From positions 64,001 through 128,000 of the forward strand of contig CAVWHO010000015.1 in the NCBI GenBank assembly GCA_963754875.1: 64,000 bases of DNA, written 5' to 3'. A program made the position numbers and the translations under genes. Every line of letters begins with the position of its first letter. The stretch's first letter is position 1. The DNA is from Nitrospirota bacterium. GTDB lineage: Bacteria > Nitrospirota > UBA9217. Positions 32,258 through 42,382 of this stretch are shown here, in pieces. Below the pieces are notes generated by a model. It was not told the origin of the DNA and searched no databases. It was given only the letters and a program-made list of their open reading frames with translations.

Positions 32258-32339
32258 GTGGCTCCTCCTTTAGTTTTTTTCGGGACCAAGGCAACCGCGT
32301 TGCCGTGAATCACGCCGACATGGTCGGCTCGCTCCAAAC

Positions 32340-33032
32340 TCAATTCCTGAAGAGCGTGATCGCTACTCCTTTGTTGTGCCGTATGCAATTTTTCACCGAG
32401 TCCACGTTCTTTTCGCAGTTCAGCAGCGTTTTCCATGAGTACAAGTGCCGGGCCTTGTGAAAATCGCTGTTGGCGATATAGGGGTATTTTTTCAGGCTGA
32501 TCACATTGAACACGTCGTCCCGGTTCGCGATCTCCCAGGCATCGATGTATTTTGCGTACTTGTCGCGGTTGTTCCAGAGAAAGAGCGTGTCGGGGTTCAT
32601 CATGTCCGGCGTATGATGAGGATGGCAGGCGACCGTCAGGGTGTCCTGGCGCTTTGCTTCGAGAAAGATCTCTTCGTAGCTCATGCAGGCGGGAACGAAT
32701 TCCTTGATGTCCAGAATAAGCAGGTGGGCCGATTCGTCCTTTGATATATAATTCTTGCTGATCTCTACACCCGGGATCACGAGCATCCCGTATTTCTCCC
32801 ATGCCCGCGCCCTTTCGCTACGGACCGTGGAAAGATATTCATCGAAGTTGTCTCCCCTGACGGACAGGTTGAAGCTTCTCGCGAATTTTCCCATCACGTT
32901 GTCGCCGTTTACGACATGGTCGGTGATCGCAATGACATCAAAACCGGCCTGCCCGAAAAGATCGACCGTCTTTCTCATCTCCAGCGAGCCGTCGGAAAAG
33001 GTGGTGTGAATATGAAAGTCACACAAAAGCAT
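32340..33032 (-). CDS. PHP-domain phosphoesterase
   Basis: DFHIHTTFSDG, AITDH, PGVEIS, ACHP, NSDFH. Confidence 0.9.
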   Translation of the reverse strand: MLLCDFHIHTTFSDGSLEMRKTVDLFGQAGFDVIAITDHVVNGDNVMGKFARSFNLSVRGDNFDEYLSTVRSERARAWEKYGMLVIPGVEISKNYISKDESAHLLILDIKEFVPACMSYEEIFLEAKRQDTLTVACHPHHTPDMMNPDTLFLWNNRDKYAKYIDAWEIANRDDVFNVISLKKYPYIANSDFHKARHLYSWKTLLNCEKNVDSVKNCIRHNKGVAITLFRN

Positions 33033-33039
33033 TGAATAT

Positions 33040-33094
33040 ACCTTACACTCCCGCTGTTACAGGAACATGAAGGAACTGTTAAGTTTTCGTTAAA
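33040..33094 (-). promoter_or_regulatory. Pho-box promoter 3 (PHP/lipid operon), apparently leaderless
   Basis: TTTAACG-4-CTTAACA-4-CTTCATG-4-TGTAACA-9-TAAGGT-7-ATG. Confidence 0.8.
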
Positions 33095-33111
33095 TAATCA
33101 TTCATGCCGCC

Positions 33112-33369
33112 TTACCGCCTATACCGGCGAGAAGCATGCCGGTCTCCGGGGCGTCTGCATTCGAGCACCAGCGACTCGATCACCTGCTCGATGTCCTCGT
33201 GTCTTACGCGCTGCTCGGGCGTCATGGAAAGCACTGCTTTTTTCATGCGCGTCTCGAACGGTTCTCCGCCTTCGATGACGTCATGATCAACGATGGTTAC
33301 GTTGAGGGGGTCGGTGAAATAGATGTCGCTCACAACGCCGCTTTCGATCTTTATGATGATATGGTTCAT
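33112..33369 (-). CDS. Hypothetical protein (85 aa)
   Basis: RBS AAGGAG, its own Pho-box promoter, beta-rich start IIIKIESGVVSDIY. Confidence 0.65.
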   Translation of the reverse strand: MNHIIIKIESGVVSDIYFTDPLNVTIVDHDVIEGGEPFETRMKKAVLSMTPEQRVRHEDIEQVIESLVLECRRPGDRHASRRYRR

Positions 33370-33462
33370 AGTATTTCTCCTTGCACTGTTTATTTACGGC
33401 ACTTCATTGCTGATTTTTATGAAAATCCTATGATGCTGTTGAGTCTTTCAATGAATGGACAG

Positions 33463-33517
33463 ATGATAGAGGAGAGGTATTACGGCAGTATGAAGAAAAC
33501 ATGAAAGTTCGATTAAA
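33463..33517 (-). promoter_or_regulatory. Pho-box promoter 4
   Basis: TTTAATC-4-TTTCATG-4-CTTCATA-4-CGTAATA-9-TATCAT. Confidence 0.72.
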
Positions 33518-33624
33518 TTTTCTGATTGGCCCAGATCAGCAGGCCAAAACAGGTTGCAGCCGTCGTCGGGCTGTGCTGGATGTTAGCAGGACTATCGGGA
33601 GATACTTGTTTCGAAAACAACTTA

Positions 33625-33723
33625 TCACATTCCGCGAATGATAAGGACAATGAATAAGATACCGATGAGCAGCCCTGCTGCAGTCAGAATGTATTCAATT
33701 GCTTTCAGCATAGTTTTATTCAT
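33625..33723 (-). CDS. 32-aa single-TM small protein (absent from the ORF track)
   Basis: MNKTMLKAIEYILTAAGLLIGILFIVLIIRGM with RBS GGAGG. Confidence 0.6.
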   Translation of the reverse strand: MNKTMLKAIEYILTAAGLLIGILFIVLIIRGM

Positions 33724-33758
33724 GCCTAATTACCTCCACATTTTTCCCCGGCTGCACG

Positions 33759-33989
33759 TTACTGCTGCCCTAATAAACGTTCTTTAACGCCCCTGCTGAC
33801 AAGAATCGGAAGGAAGGTTTTCACTTTGATGTTCTTTTCCAGTTCTTCCAGCACTTCCCGATAGGACCTGTTAACAACTTCCGCCGGCATGCCGAGTTCA
33901 TGCACAAGCCTGTCGATGGCTCGTACGTGCTGATCATTGTCTTCGTTGTAGCCGGACCGGGAAATATTCAAAGACGTCTGCTTCAACAT
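33759..33989 (-). CDS. DUF3562-like small helical protein
   Basis: AIDRLVHELG..YREVLEELEKNIKVKTFLPILVSRGVKERL; RBS AAGGAG. Confidence 0.7.
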   Translation of the reverse strand: MLKQTSLNISRSGYNEDNDQHVRAIDRLVHELGMPAEVVNRSYREVLEELEKNIKVKTFLPILVSRGVKERLLGQQ

Positions 33990-34053
33990 GGCAATTCTCC
34001 TTCTCGGTTCGAAATATGACTCCGCATATACTGTTGACCGATTTTGGTCGGAT

Positions 34054-34263
34054 TCAGTTTCCTCTCAAGACCTTCGCAAGAAACACGGGGCAGCAATCGA
34101 AGTCTTCCGTAAGACAGTAGGTCATGTTTTTCCGTTGGTCAATGCGCATCGTCATGACCGATGCGGAGCAATACTGGCTATGAGCTTTCCTGTAGGGACA
34201 AATTGAATCCTCGGTGCCGCTGACCGGCGCCTTATTTCCGAAAGTAGTTTGAGCAATGTACAT
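34054..34263 (-). CDS. Small Cys-rich hypothetical protein
   Basis: CPY..CSAS..YCLTEDFDCCPVFL; RBS AGGAGG. Confidence 0.7.
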   Translation of the reverse strand: MYIAQTTFGNKAPVSGTEDSICPYRKAHSQYCSASVMTMRIDQRKNMTYCLTEDFDCCPVFLAKVLRGN

Positions 34264-34285
34264 GGTATCCTCCTGTTGTGTACCG

Positions 34286-34340
34286 ATACTACACGATGAA
34301 TGTTACAGGAGTATGATGTTCTCGTTACATGATCGTGAAA
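34286..34340 (-). promoter_or_regulatory. Pho-box promoter 5 (small-protein operon)
   Basis: TTTCACG-4-TGTAACG-4-CATCATA-4-TGTAACA-9-TAGTAT. Confidence 0.78.
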
Positions 34341-34373
34341 TAATCAGTGAGCTAGCGCACAGAAAAATGTCGG

Positions 34374-35638
34374 TTAGATCTTCGACCGGCTCTGGATCAG
34401 GTAGGCATAATAGGTTGCGGCGCTTGTGGGGGAACGCTTGAGCGTCTTGAAGTCGACCCGGTAGAGGCCGAACCGGGCATCGAGTCCCTGGAGCCATTCG
34501 TAGTTGTCGATGAGGGTCCAGTAAAAATAGCCCCGCACATCGAGCCCGTCCTTCAGGCACCGCTCGACGACGTCCACATGGCGTTTCATGTATTTTACCT
34601 TTTCCTCGGTATCGTGCGTTGCAATGCCGTTCTCGGTGATGATGAGCGGGACATCGAGCCGCGAAGCGTAGCGGAGGACCTTTGCCAGGCCGCGCGGGTG
34701 GACTTCCCATCCGAGATTCGTCAGGCCGTGGCCGTCAATGTCCGGATAGCGGAGTTCCACTCCCATCTTCTTGAACGGATTGAACCGGAGGTGGATGCGG
34801 GTATAGTAGTTCACGCCGAAGAAATCGAGCTTGTCCTTGATCGGGACCTCGATCTCCACTGCGCGGGAAAAGGGAAATTTGACGATGAAGACCCCGGTCC
34901 GGAACGCATTGATGATCGAGTGATTGTAGAAGTAGTTTGCCGATTTCTTCAGGAGCCGGTCGAGGGGGTTCCATTTTTTCCAGGGGGCGAACACGGACAT
35001 GTTGTGCGCGATGCTGACCCGGGCATCGGGGACATAGTCGATGGATGATGTCGTAAGCCTTGCCGTGGCAGGTGAATATATTTTTGAGCGCCACGAGGGA
35101 CACGGGGAACGTCCCGGAGGCCGGGAGGCGTGCAGCCGTCGAGGTAGCCGCCGATCAGGATGACATAGGGCTCATTGAAGGTTATCCAGTATCGGACGTT
35201 CCTGAGCGTCGAGACCATCATCTCGGTGTAGCGCAGGAATTTCTCGATGGACGCGGACCAGTGCCAGGGCGACCGCTCCAGAAACCAGCGGGGATGGGTA
35301 AAATGGTGGAGCGTGACCATGGGCTCGATGTTGTAGCTTCGCAGGATGTCGATGATCTCCTGGTAGTGCGCGATGGCCTCTTCGTCCCAGGTGTCTTCGC
35401 GCGGCTGGATCCTGCTCCATTCGAGGAGAAGCGATAGGCATTGACGCCCAGTTCCTTCAGGAGTTTGAGGTCCTCCCGGAAAAGGGCATAGTGGTTCGTT
35501 ATCAGCGGGGATGTCCCTTAAGACGGGGTCCCAGGTCGTCCAGTCCGCGTTGGGAGAGCCTTCGAGCTGAAAAGCCGATGTCGCAACGCCCCACTGAAAG
35601 TCTTCCGGGAAAATGGGCCTCTTTGTCCGGTCCCCCAT
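34374..35638 (-). CDS. Glycoside hydrolase family 1 beta-glycosidase (frameshifts)
   Basis: FQWGVATSAFQLEG, EWSRIQP, TLHHFT, TFNEP, GVNYY, ITENG, DNYEW. Confidence 0.88.
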
Positions 35639-35659
35639 GTGAAACTCACTTTCCTTTCT

Positions 35660-35764
35660 CTATCTCCAGTGGAAGAGCATCAGAAGAAGTATTGTCAGAG
35701 AAATCGCAAACAACACAATATCCTCAATTTTGCCGAGAGGATTCTTATTCATGCTGTTATCCAT
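35660..35764 (-). CDS. 34-aa single-TM small protein (absent from the ORF track)
   Basis: MDNSMNKNPLGKIEDIVLFAISLTILLLMLFHWR. Its start overlaps the psiE stop and it fills the gap to the GH1 RBS. Confidence 0.5.
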   Translation of the reverse strand: MDNSMNKNPLGKIEDIVLFAISLTILLLMLFHWR

Positions 35765-36182
35765 GTTTCGCCGTTTCCATTTCCTGGACTTTTTCCGGGG
35801 AGAACACAACGGCCAGCGTCCTGATTCCTCCGATTACTAGAATCAATACCGCAAGCGCAATGATCATTCCCTGCTGCAGGCTGTGCTGGTAAAGCCCGAT
35901 CATGATTTCACGAAGAACGAAAACGAGTGCTGCGTCGGTGATGAAGGTTATTTTAAGCCGGTGCACTGAAAAATATTCAATAATACTACGCAGCAGTTCG
36001 ATGACGATAAACATCGAAAGGATGTTGGTCACCATCAAGTCAAAGGCGACCGCCAGCGTCTGGCTCCCGAAAATGGACCGCAGGTCCAGAATGACCCGCG
36101 CGATTCCCATCAGAAGAGCGATGATGACGAGCGGTATCATGAATTTGATCATGCCGTCAACGATCCTAGTAAAGTATTTCAT
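35757..36182 (-). CDS. psiE: Phosphate-starvation-inducible PsiE-family membrane protein
   Basis: Four TM segments, FIVIELLRSIIEY, DAALVFVLREIM. Likely start 36182 (RBS AAGGGAG). Confidence 0.75.
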   Translation of the reverse strand: MKYFTRIVDGMIKFMIPLVIIALLMGIARVILDLRSIFGSQTLAVAFDLMVTNILSMFIVIELLRSIIEYFSVHRLKITFITDAALVFVLREIMIGLYQHSLQQGMIIALAVLILVIGGIRTLAVVFSPEKVQEMETAKHG

Positions 36183-36328
36183 TAAAGCTGTCTCTCCCTT
36201 ATCATCAGTAAAATCCACTTCGTAATTGTTGGAATGCGTGGATGTTTCTCGCCGGATCTCGATGCCTAACTGCGCTGCTGAGTATTTCCGCATTGGTTGC
36301 CGTCACGGAGCGCGCTGTATGAAGCGAA

Positions 36329-36383
36329 ACTATACTCCAGCGCTGTTACATCGGCATTACAGTTTGATGACAAGTTGATGAAA
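36329..36383 (-). promoter_or_regulatory. Pho-box promoter 6 (psiE-GH1)
   Basis: TTTCATC-4-TGTCATC-4-TGTAATG-4-TGTAACA-9-TATAGT. Confidence 0.8.
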
Positions 36384-36460
36384 AGAATCTTATGTGGGTT
36401 GGGAAATCGGGATGATCGTAATGGAGGGTGTTTAAATACGCGCTTTGGAACTGCACTGCT

Positions 36461-37156
36461 TCACAGGTCGGCGTCCACGTAATAGCCTACTCCCCTTCGG
36501 GTCTTGAGGCACGCGGGATTTGAAGGATCATCTTCGATCTGGGTCCGGAGCCTCCGGATATGGACGTCGACGGTCCTCGGTTCGATAAATGCCTCGCCCT
36601 TCCACACCGCATCCAAAAGTTGTTCCCGGCTGAATACCTTGCCTTTTCGCTGAACGAGATACAGGAACAGTTTAAATTCCGTTGCGCTGAGCTCCAAAGG
36701 GGTAGTGCCCTTGCTAACGCTGTAGGTCTCCGTATTGATGCTCAGTTTCCCGATGCGGATAATCTTTTGCGTTGCTGTTTTTTCACCTGCTCGCCTCAAC
36801 ACTGCCCTGATTCGCGCGACGAGCTCTCTGACACTGAACGGTTTTGTCATGTAATCGTCTGCGCCGCTTTCCAGTCCCAGTACCCTGTCCATCTCTTCGC
36901 CTTTTGCCGTAAGCATGATAATAGGAGTGACGGCTGTTTTGGGGTCGTTCTTCAAGATGCGGCAGAGTTCCCCGCCCTGGATATAGGGAAGCATGAGGTC
37001 GAGAACCACCAGATCAAATTTGTCTTTCCTGATTTTATTGAGTGCTTCTTCTCCGTCTGAAGCTGTCGTGACCTTGAATCCGTCTTTTTTGAGATTGTAG
37101 GATAGGAGATCGACAATATCCGGCTCGTCATCAACGATCAGTATTTTATTATTCAT
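36461..37156 (-). CDS. phoB: PhoB/PhoP OmpR-family DNA-binding response regulator
   Basis: LDLMLP, GADDYMTKPFS, RTVDVHIRRLR, TRRGVGY; sits at the head of the Pho island. Confidence 0.85.
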   Translation of the reverse strand: MNNKILIVDDEPDIVDLLSYNLKKDGFKVTTASDGEEALNKIRKDKFDLVVLDLMLPYIQGGELCRILKNDPKTAVTPIIMLTAKGEEMDRVLGLESGADDYMTKPFSVRELVARIRAVLRRAGEKTATQKIIRIGKLSINTETYSVSKGTTPLELSATEFKLFLYLVQRKGKVFSREQLLDAVWKGEAFIEPRTVDVHIRRLRTQIEDDPSNPACLKTRRGVGYYVDADL

Positions 37157-37163
37157 GAGCGTA

Positions 37164-37225
37164 GTTATAACATACCGTCAAAGAGAAATTCAATAGCAGG
37201 GGGAAGATTTAACAGAAATGTAACA
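37164..37225. promoter_or_regulatory. phoB promoter (minus strand TTGAAT-18-TATAAC) with an oppositely oriented two-repeat Pho box at 37208-37225
   Basis: TTTAACA-4-TGTAACA on the + strand; the -10 is 7 nt from the ATG. Confidence 0.55.
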
Positions 37226-37349
37226 TTAGTCCGCGTGATGGGAAAAGAGGACCGGCTGGATTGATGAACAAAAAATGCACTCGATCGGGGATGTATCCGC
37301 TCGCTTCACTTCAGCAATACATTGTCAATTTTTCGCGCAACGGGAACAC

Positions 37350-38433
<1,084 letters not shown>

Positions 38434-38510
38434 GAACGCTATCTCCGGAAGGTAAAGAATATTTGTCGTGCAACGGCTAAAGCCACAGCGGGACTGTGGT
38501 TAATAAAGTT

Positions 38511-39041
38511 TCATTCCTGTTCCTCGTGCCAGGTCAGGTTTGCGACCTCCACCTTCTTTAATCGTTTCAACAGGACCTCCCCGGTATGGGTATAAAAAAA
38601 TATCTTTCGTCCCTGGAGGCCGCCGACGTCTTTCACGTTGAGCTTCAGACCTTCGGCGTGAAGGATCTTCTCGGCGGAGATGATGTTCTGCCTGCCGACA
38701 GACACCGCGCCCGGCCGTTCGATCCCGCGCGTGAACATATCGGCCCCGCCGAAGCATTTTACTTCGATCTCTCCGCGCCGCACCTTGTAGCGGTCAAAGA
38801 TCCGGACCATCCGCTGGATAGAACAATCAACGTACTTGAGCCCTTCGAGACAGTCGCCGTAGCATTCCTTCTGCCCGCTGCACTTCGGCAAGAGGCCGTG
38901 GCAGATCGCCCCCAACCCTCTGCGGCGATGGAACATCGTGACGGACAGGCAGGAGCCGAGCACGGTGACAACCACCGCAGGCTCTTCGGAAAAATACATC
39001 TCTTCTGGCTTGAGATAGACTAAGGGGAATTGCTCTTTCAA
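38511..39041 (-). CDS. cheD: Chemoreceptor glutamine deamidase
   Basis: TVLGSCLSV, HGLLP, FGGA, DVGGLQGRKIFF. Confidence 0.92.
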   Translation of the reverse strand: MKEQFPLVYLKPEEMYFSEEPAVVVTVLGSCLSVTMFHRRRGLGAICHGLLPKCSGQKECYGDCLEGLKYVDCSIQRMVRIFDRYKVRRGEIEVKCFGGADMFTRGIERPGAVSVGRQNIISAEKILHAEGLKLNVKDVGGLQGRKIFFYTHTGEVLLKRLKKVEVANLTWHEEQE

Positions 39042-39045
39042 TCGT

Positions 39046-39936
39046 TCACACTACCTTCCGGTAAATAGTCGACGACATTCGAATGAGGGGAAGGTCGAAC
39101 CCATGTACGGTCTCGGAATGTCCGAGGAAGAGGTATCCGTCCCGTTTGATGTACCTGCAGAGCCGGTCCAGCAGGGCGCCCTGCGTCGGCCGGTCGAAAT
39201 AGATGATAACGTTCCGGCAGAAGATCGCATCGAGGGACGCTTCCCGCAGGGGGTATTTTTTATCCATCAGGTTGAGCCGCTGGAATGCGATGCCGGACCG
39301 GAGCTCGGAAACCACGCGCACCTGGCCTTTGGCCCGGTCTTTGCTCCGCAGAAAATATTTTTGCTTCAAAAACAGCGGGATCATCGAGATCTGGTTTTCG
39401 TCGTAGATGCCGTCTTTGGCTTTGTCAAGGACCTTTGTCGATATGTCCGTGGCCATGATCGTGAATTTGAAACCCGGGTTCTGGCGCTCAAATTCACTCA
39501 TCACCAAAGCAAGCGTATAAGGTTCTTCACCTGAGGAACAAGCGGAGCTCCATACCGTAAAGGGGGCACGCATGCGGCTGTCGCCCCCTTGCATGAACTC
39601 AGGAAGCACGGTCTCGGAAAGAAACGAAAAGTGGACCGGCTCGCGGAAAAAATCTGTCTTGTTCGTCGTCACCGCGTCGATCATGTGGACCAGTTCGCTG
39701 CTGCCGTCCGGTGCCTTGAAGATGAGGTCGCAATATTCCCGGAACGAGTTGACGCCCAGAAGCCTGAGCCGTTTCTGGAGCCGCGACTCGAGCATGGTCC
39801 TTTTGACCGGCGGCATTTTGATTCCGCAGTGACCGTAGATGAAACGGCTCAGGCGCTCGAAGTCCTGTGTGGTCATCTTGTGCGTGGTATCGATATAGGT
39901 ACGGCTCTCACTCATAGGATTTGCCTGTTGTACCAC
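39046..39936 (-). CDS. cheR: Chemotaxis methyltransferase
   Basis: TTNKTDFFREP, WSSACSSGEEPY, IFCRNVIIYF, LGHSE. Confidence 0.95.
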   Translation of the reverse strand: MVQQANPMSESRTYIDTTHKMTTQDFERLSRFIYGHCGIKMPPVKRTMLESRLQKRLRLLGVNSFREYCDLIFKAPDGSSELVHMIDAVTTNKTDFFREPVHFSFLSETVLPEFMQGGDSRMRAPFTVWSSACSSGEEPYTLALVMSEFERQNPGFKFTIMATDISTKVLDKAKDGIYDENQISMIPLFLKQKYFLRSKDRAKGQVRVVSELRSGIAFQRLNLMDKKYPLREASLDAIFCRNVIIYFDRPTQGALLDRLCRYIKRDGYLFLGHSETVHGFDLPLIRMSSTIYRKVV

Positions 39937-40066
39937 TCGGTGATGTGTTCTTGCGGATCAACGCTCCTTGTCGGATCGAGGATGAGATGAGAGGTGGAAA
40001 GCGGTCAGGCCTGCGGCCCGGGAAGAGAGATCAGGGGCGGCTCTTTCTTCCCGGACCAGTATTCTC

Positions 40067-40591
40067 CTATGCGACTGCCGATTTTGCTTCTTCTGCCTGG
40101 GTACTGTCCTGCACCGTCTGCACGAGCGCAAGTTCGCTGGTGGAGAATACCTTATCGATGTCGAGGATGATGATGAAATTGTTGTTTTGTTTTCCCATGC
40201 CTTTAATAAATTCCGTGTTTAATCTCGTGCCGATCTTCGGGGCCGGCTCGACCTGGCCTGCTTCGAGGTCCATCACTTCCTGCACTGAATCTGCAAGCGC
40301 TCCGAGAATGGTGGTCTCGTTGTCCACCGTCACTTCCGCAATGATGATGCAGGTGTTCACCGTCTTCTCGGTCTTCGTCATGCCGAACTTGAGCCGCAGG
40401 TCGACCACCGGCACCACGCTGCCCCGCAGGTTGATCACCCCGCGCATGAACTCCGGCGTCCGCGGGACCCTGGTGATCGTCGTGAAGTCCAGGACCTCGC
40501 GCACCTTCGTGATATCGAGGGCAAATACTTCATCGTCGAGTTTGAACGTCAAATACTGCGTTGTTTCCATAATGCCTGATGTGCTCATCAA
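40067..40591 (-). CDS. cheW: Chemotaxis coupling protein
   Basis: YLTFKL, GVINLRGSVVPVVDLR. Confidence 0.95.
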   Translation of the reverse strand: MMSTSGIMETTQYLTFKLDDEVFALDITKVREVLDFTTITRVPRTPEFMRGVINLRGSVVPVVDLRLKFGMTKTEKTVNTCIIIAEVTVDNETTILGALADSVQEVMDLEAGQVEPAPKIGTRLNTEFIKGMGKQNNNFIIILDIDKVFSTSELALVQTVQDSTQAEEAKSAVA

Positions 40592-40606
40592 AGCCTCCTT
40601 GTGATG

Positions 40607-40680
40607 CAGAAGTCAGAAGCCAGAATCCAGATCGGAAATCTTGGCTGGATTTCTCCTGACTACTGAATGCTGACTCCTGT
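40607..40680. repeat. Intergenic inverted heptamer array
   Basis: cagaagt cagaagc cagaatc caga ... tcctgac tactgaa tgctgac tcctg. Confidence 0.7.
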
Positions 40681-40691
40681 CTCCTTTTTTT

Positions 40692-42359
40692 TCAGAATTT
40701 CTCAAACTCCACATCCCGTAAATCTTCGTTACCCTTCATTTTATTATGCCCCATGTTCAACGCCACGCCGCTCTGTTTGACTGTGGCACCTGTGACCTGG
40801 GTTTTCGGGAGCAACTGCACAACCTGTACTTTATGAGTGGGCGCTGCGGGCTTCGACGCGGCTCTGGCAACATGCCTCGTTTCCGATTCTCCGGTCTTGA
40901 AGAACCCGATCGTGCTCTGGAGCTGTTCGGCCTGGGACGAAAGCTCCTCGGCAGTAGAGGACACTTCTTCCGCTGCTGCGGCGTTCTGCTGGATCACCTG
41001 ATTAAGCTGCTCGATCGCCGTGTAAATCTGGCCTGCACCCGTGGTCTGCTCCTTCGAGGCCGCGCTGATCTCCCGCACCAGCTCCGCGGTCTTCTGGATG
41101 TCCGGCACCAGCTTGGCCAGCATCTGGCCGGCCCTTTCTGCGACTTCGACGCTTGTGGTTGACAGCTTGCCGATCTCGCCTGCCGCAGTCTGGCTCCGTT
41201 CCGCAAGCTTCCGTACTTCCGAAGCCACCACGGCAAAACCCTTCCCGTGCTCGCCGGCGCGGGCCGCTTCGATCGCTGCATTCAAAGCCAGCAGGTTCGT
41301 CTGGCGGGAGAGCTCTTCAATAATGGCGATCTTCGATGCGATGTCCTTCATGGCCCCTACGGTCGCGGTTACTGCCTTGCCGCTCTCCAGGGCGTGGGTG
41401 GCGGACTTGAAGGCGATCTTTTCGGTCTGTGACGCGTTGTCCGCGTTCTGTCTGATCGAGGCGTTCATCTCCTCGACCGAGGATGACGCTTCTTCCGCCG
41501 CCGCTGCCTGCTCCGTCGCGCCCTGGGACATCTGCTCCGCGCCCGCGGCGAGCTGCTGGCTGCCTGATGCCACGTTGTCCGATGCGCCCTTCACGTCTGC
41601 AACCACGGGCCGCAGACGCTCGACCATGTTTTTCATCGCCATCAGCAATCGGCCCGTTTCGTCCATAGCGCTTGCCTCGATATCGACGTTCAGATTGCCT
41701 TCAGACATGTCGTTTGACACAGCCACAGCCTTGGCCAGCGGTTTAAGCATGAGATGGACGATAGCTATGACAAATCCGGTCATCGTTAACACGCCGATCA
41801 ATCCGAGCACAATATAAAAATATTGCATTGACTTGATCCTGCCAAACGACGCCGTGAGCGGCACCTTAATGCTGATGGCCCCAAGGACCGTCCCTTCACT
41901 TACCCGATGGCAAGAAAGGCAGTTTTTCCCCATGAGGTCTGATTTCGCAATGTAGGGATATACTCCTCGGATGGAGGCGCCCTCAATCACCACTCGTTCT
42001 ACGCCGTTTTTTAGAACCTCTTTTTCAAGGGGGTCTGATTCATAGTCTTTGACGTCCCCGCGTCCAAAGTCCTGGTCCACAACTTCTGATCGTATCACCC
42101 GGAGGTCAATACTTTTTTGCATTTGATCAAGAAATGGTCTTTTCGTCTCTTTAATGTTGTTCGCCAACATCATTGTCGTAAGGGTATTTAAAATGGTATC
42201 TCTATACCCCTCAAGAGTTGAATGCTCCACCTCTCGAAAGACAATAAGCTCTGTCTTGTAACCGGTGACTATTGTCATAGCCGTTATTCCTATTGCAATA
42301 AAGAAAATGATGGGCACAGTCAGCTTGAACTTTAACGAAAGACTCTTAAAATTTTTCAT
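40692..42359 (-). CDS. Methyl-accepting chemotaxis protein with periplasmic CxxCH motif and C-terminal pentapeptide EFEKF
   Basis: Two [29 protein letters not shown]. Confidence 0.93.
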   Translation of the reverse strand: MKNFKSLSLKFKLTVPIIFFIAIGITAMTIVTGYKTELIVFREVEHSTLEGYRDTILNTLTTMMLANNIKETKRPFLDQMQKSIDLRVIRSEVVDQDFGRGDVKDYESDPLEKEVLKNGVERVVIEGASIRGVYPYIAKSDLMGKNCLSCHRVSEGTVLGAISIKVPLTASFGRIKSMQYFYIVLGLIGVLTMTGFVIAIVHLMLKPLAKAVAVSNDMSEGNLNVDIEASAMDETGRLLMAMKNMVERLRPVVADVKGASDNVASGSQQLAAGAEQMSQGATEQAAAAEEASSSVEEMNASIRQNADNASQTEKIAFKSATHALESGKAVTATVGAMKDIASKIAIIEELSRQTNLLALNAAIEAARAGEHGKGFAVVASEVRKLAERSQTAAGEIGKLSTTSVEVAERAGQMLAKLVPDIQKTAELVREISAASKEQTTGAGQIYTAIEQLNQVIQQNAAAAEEVSSTAEELSSQAEQLQSTIGFFKTGESETRHVARAASKPAAPTHKVQVVQLLPKTQVTGATVKQSGVALNMGHNKMKGNEDLRDVEFEKF

Positions 42360-42382
42360 TTGGTCCTCCTTGTCCTGCGCCC

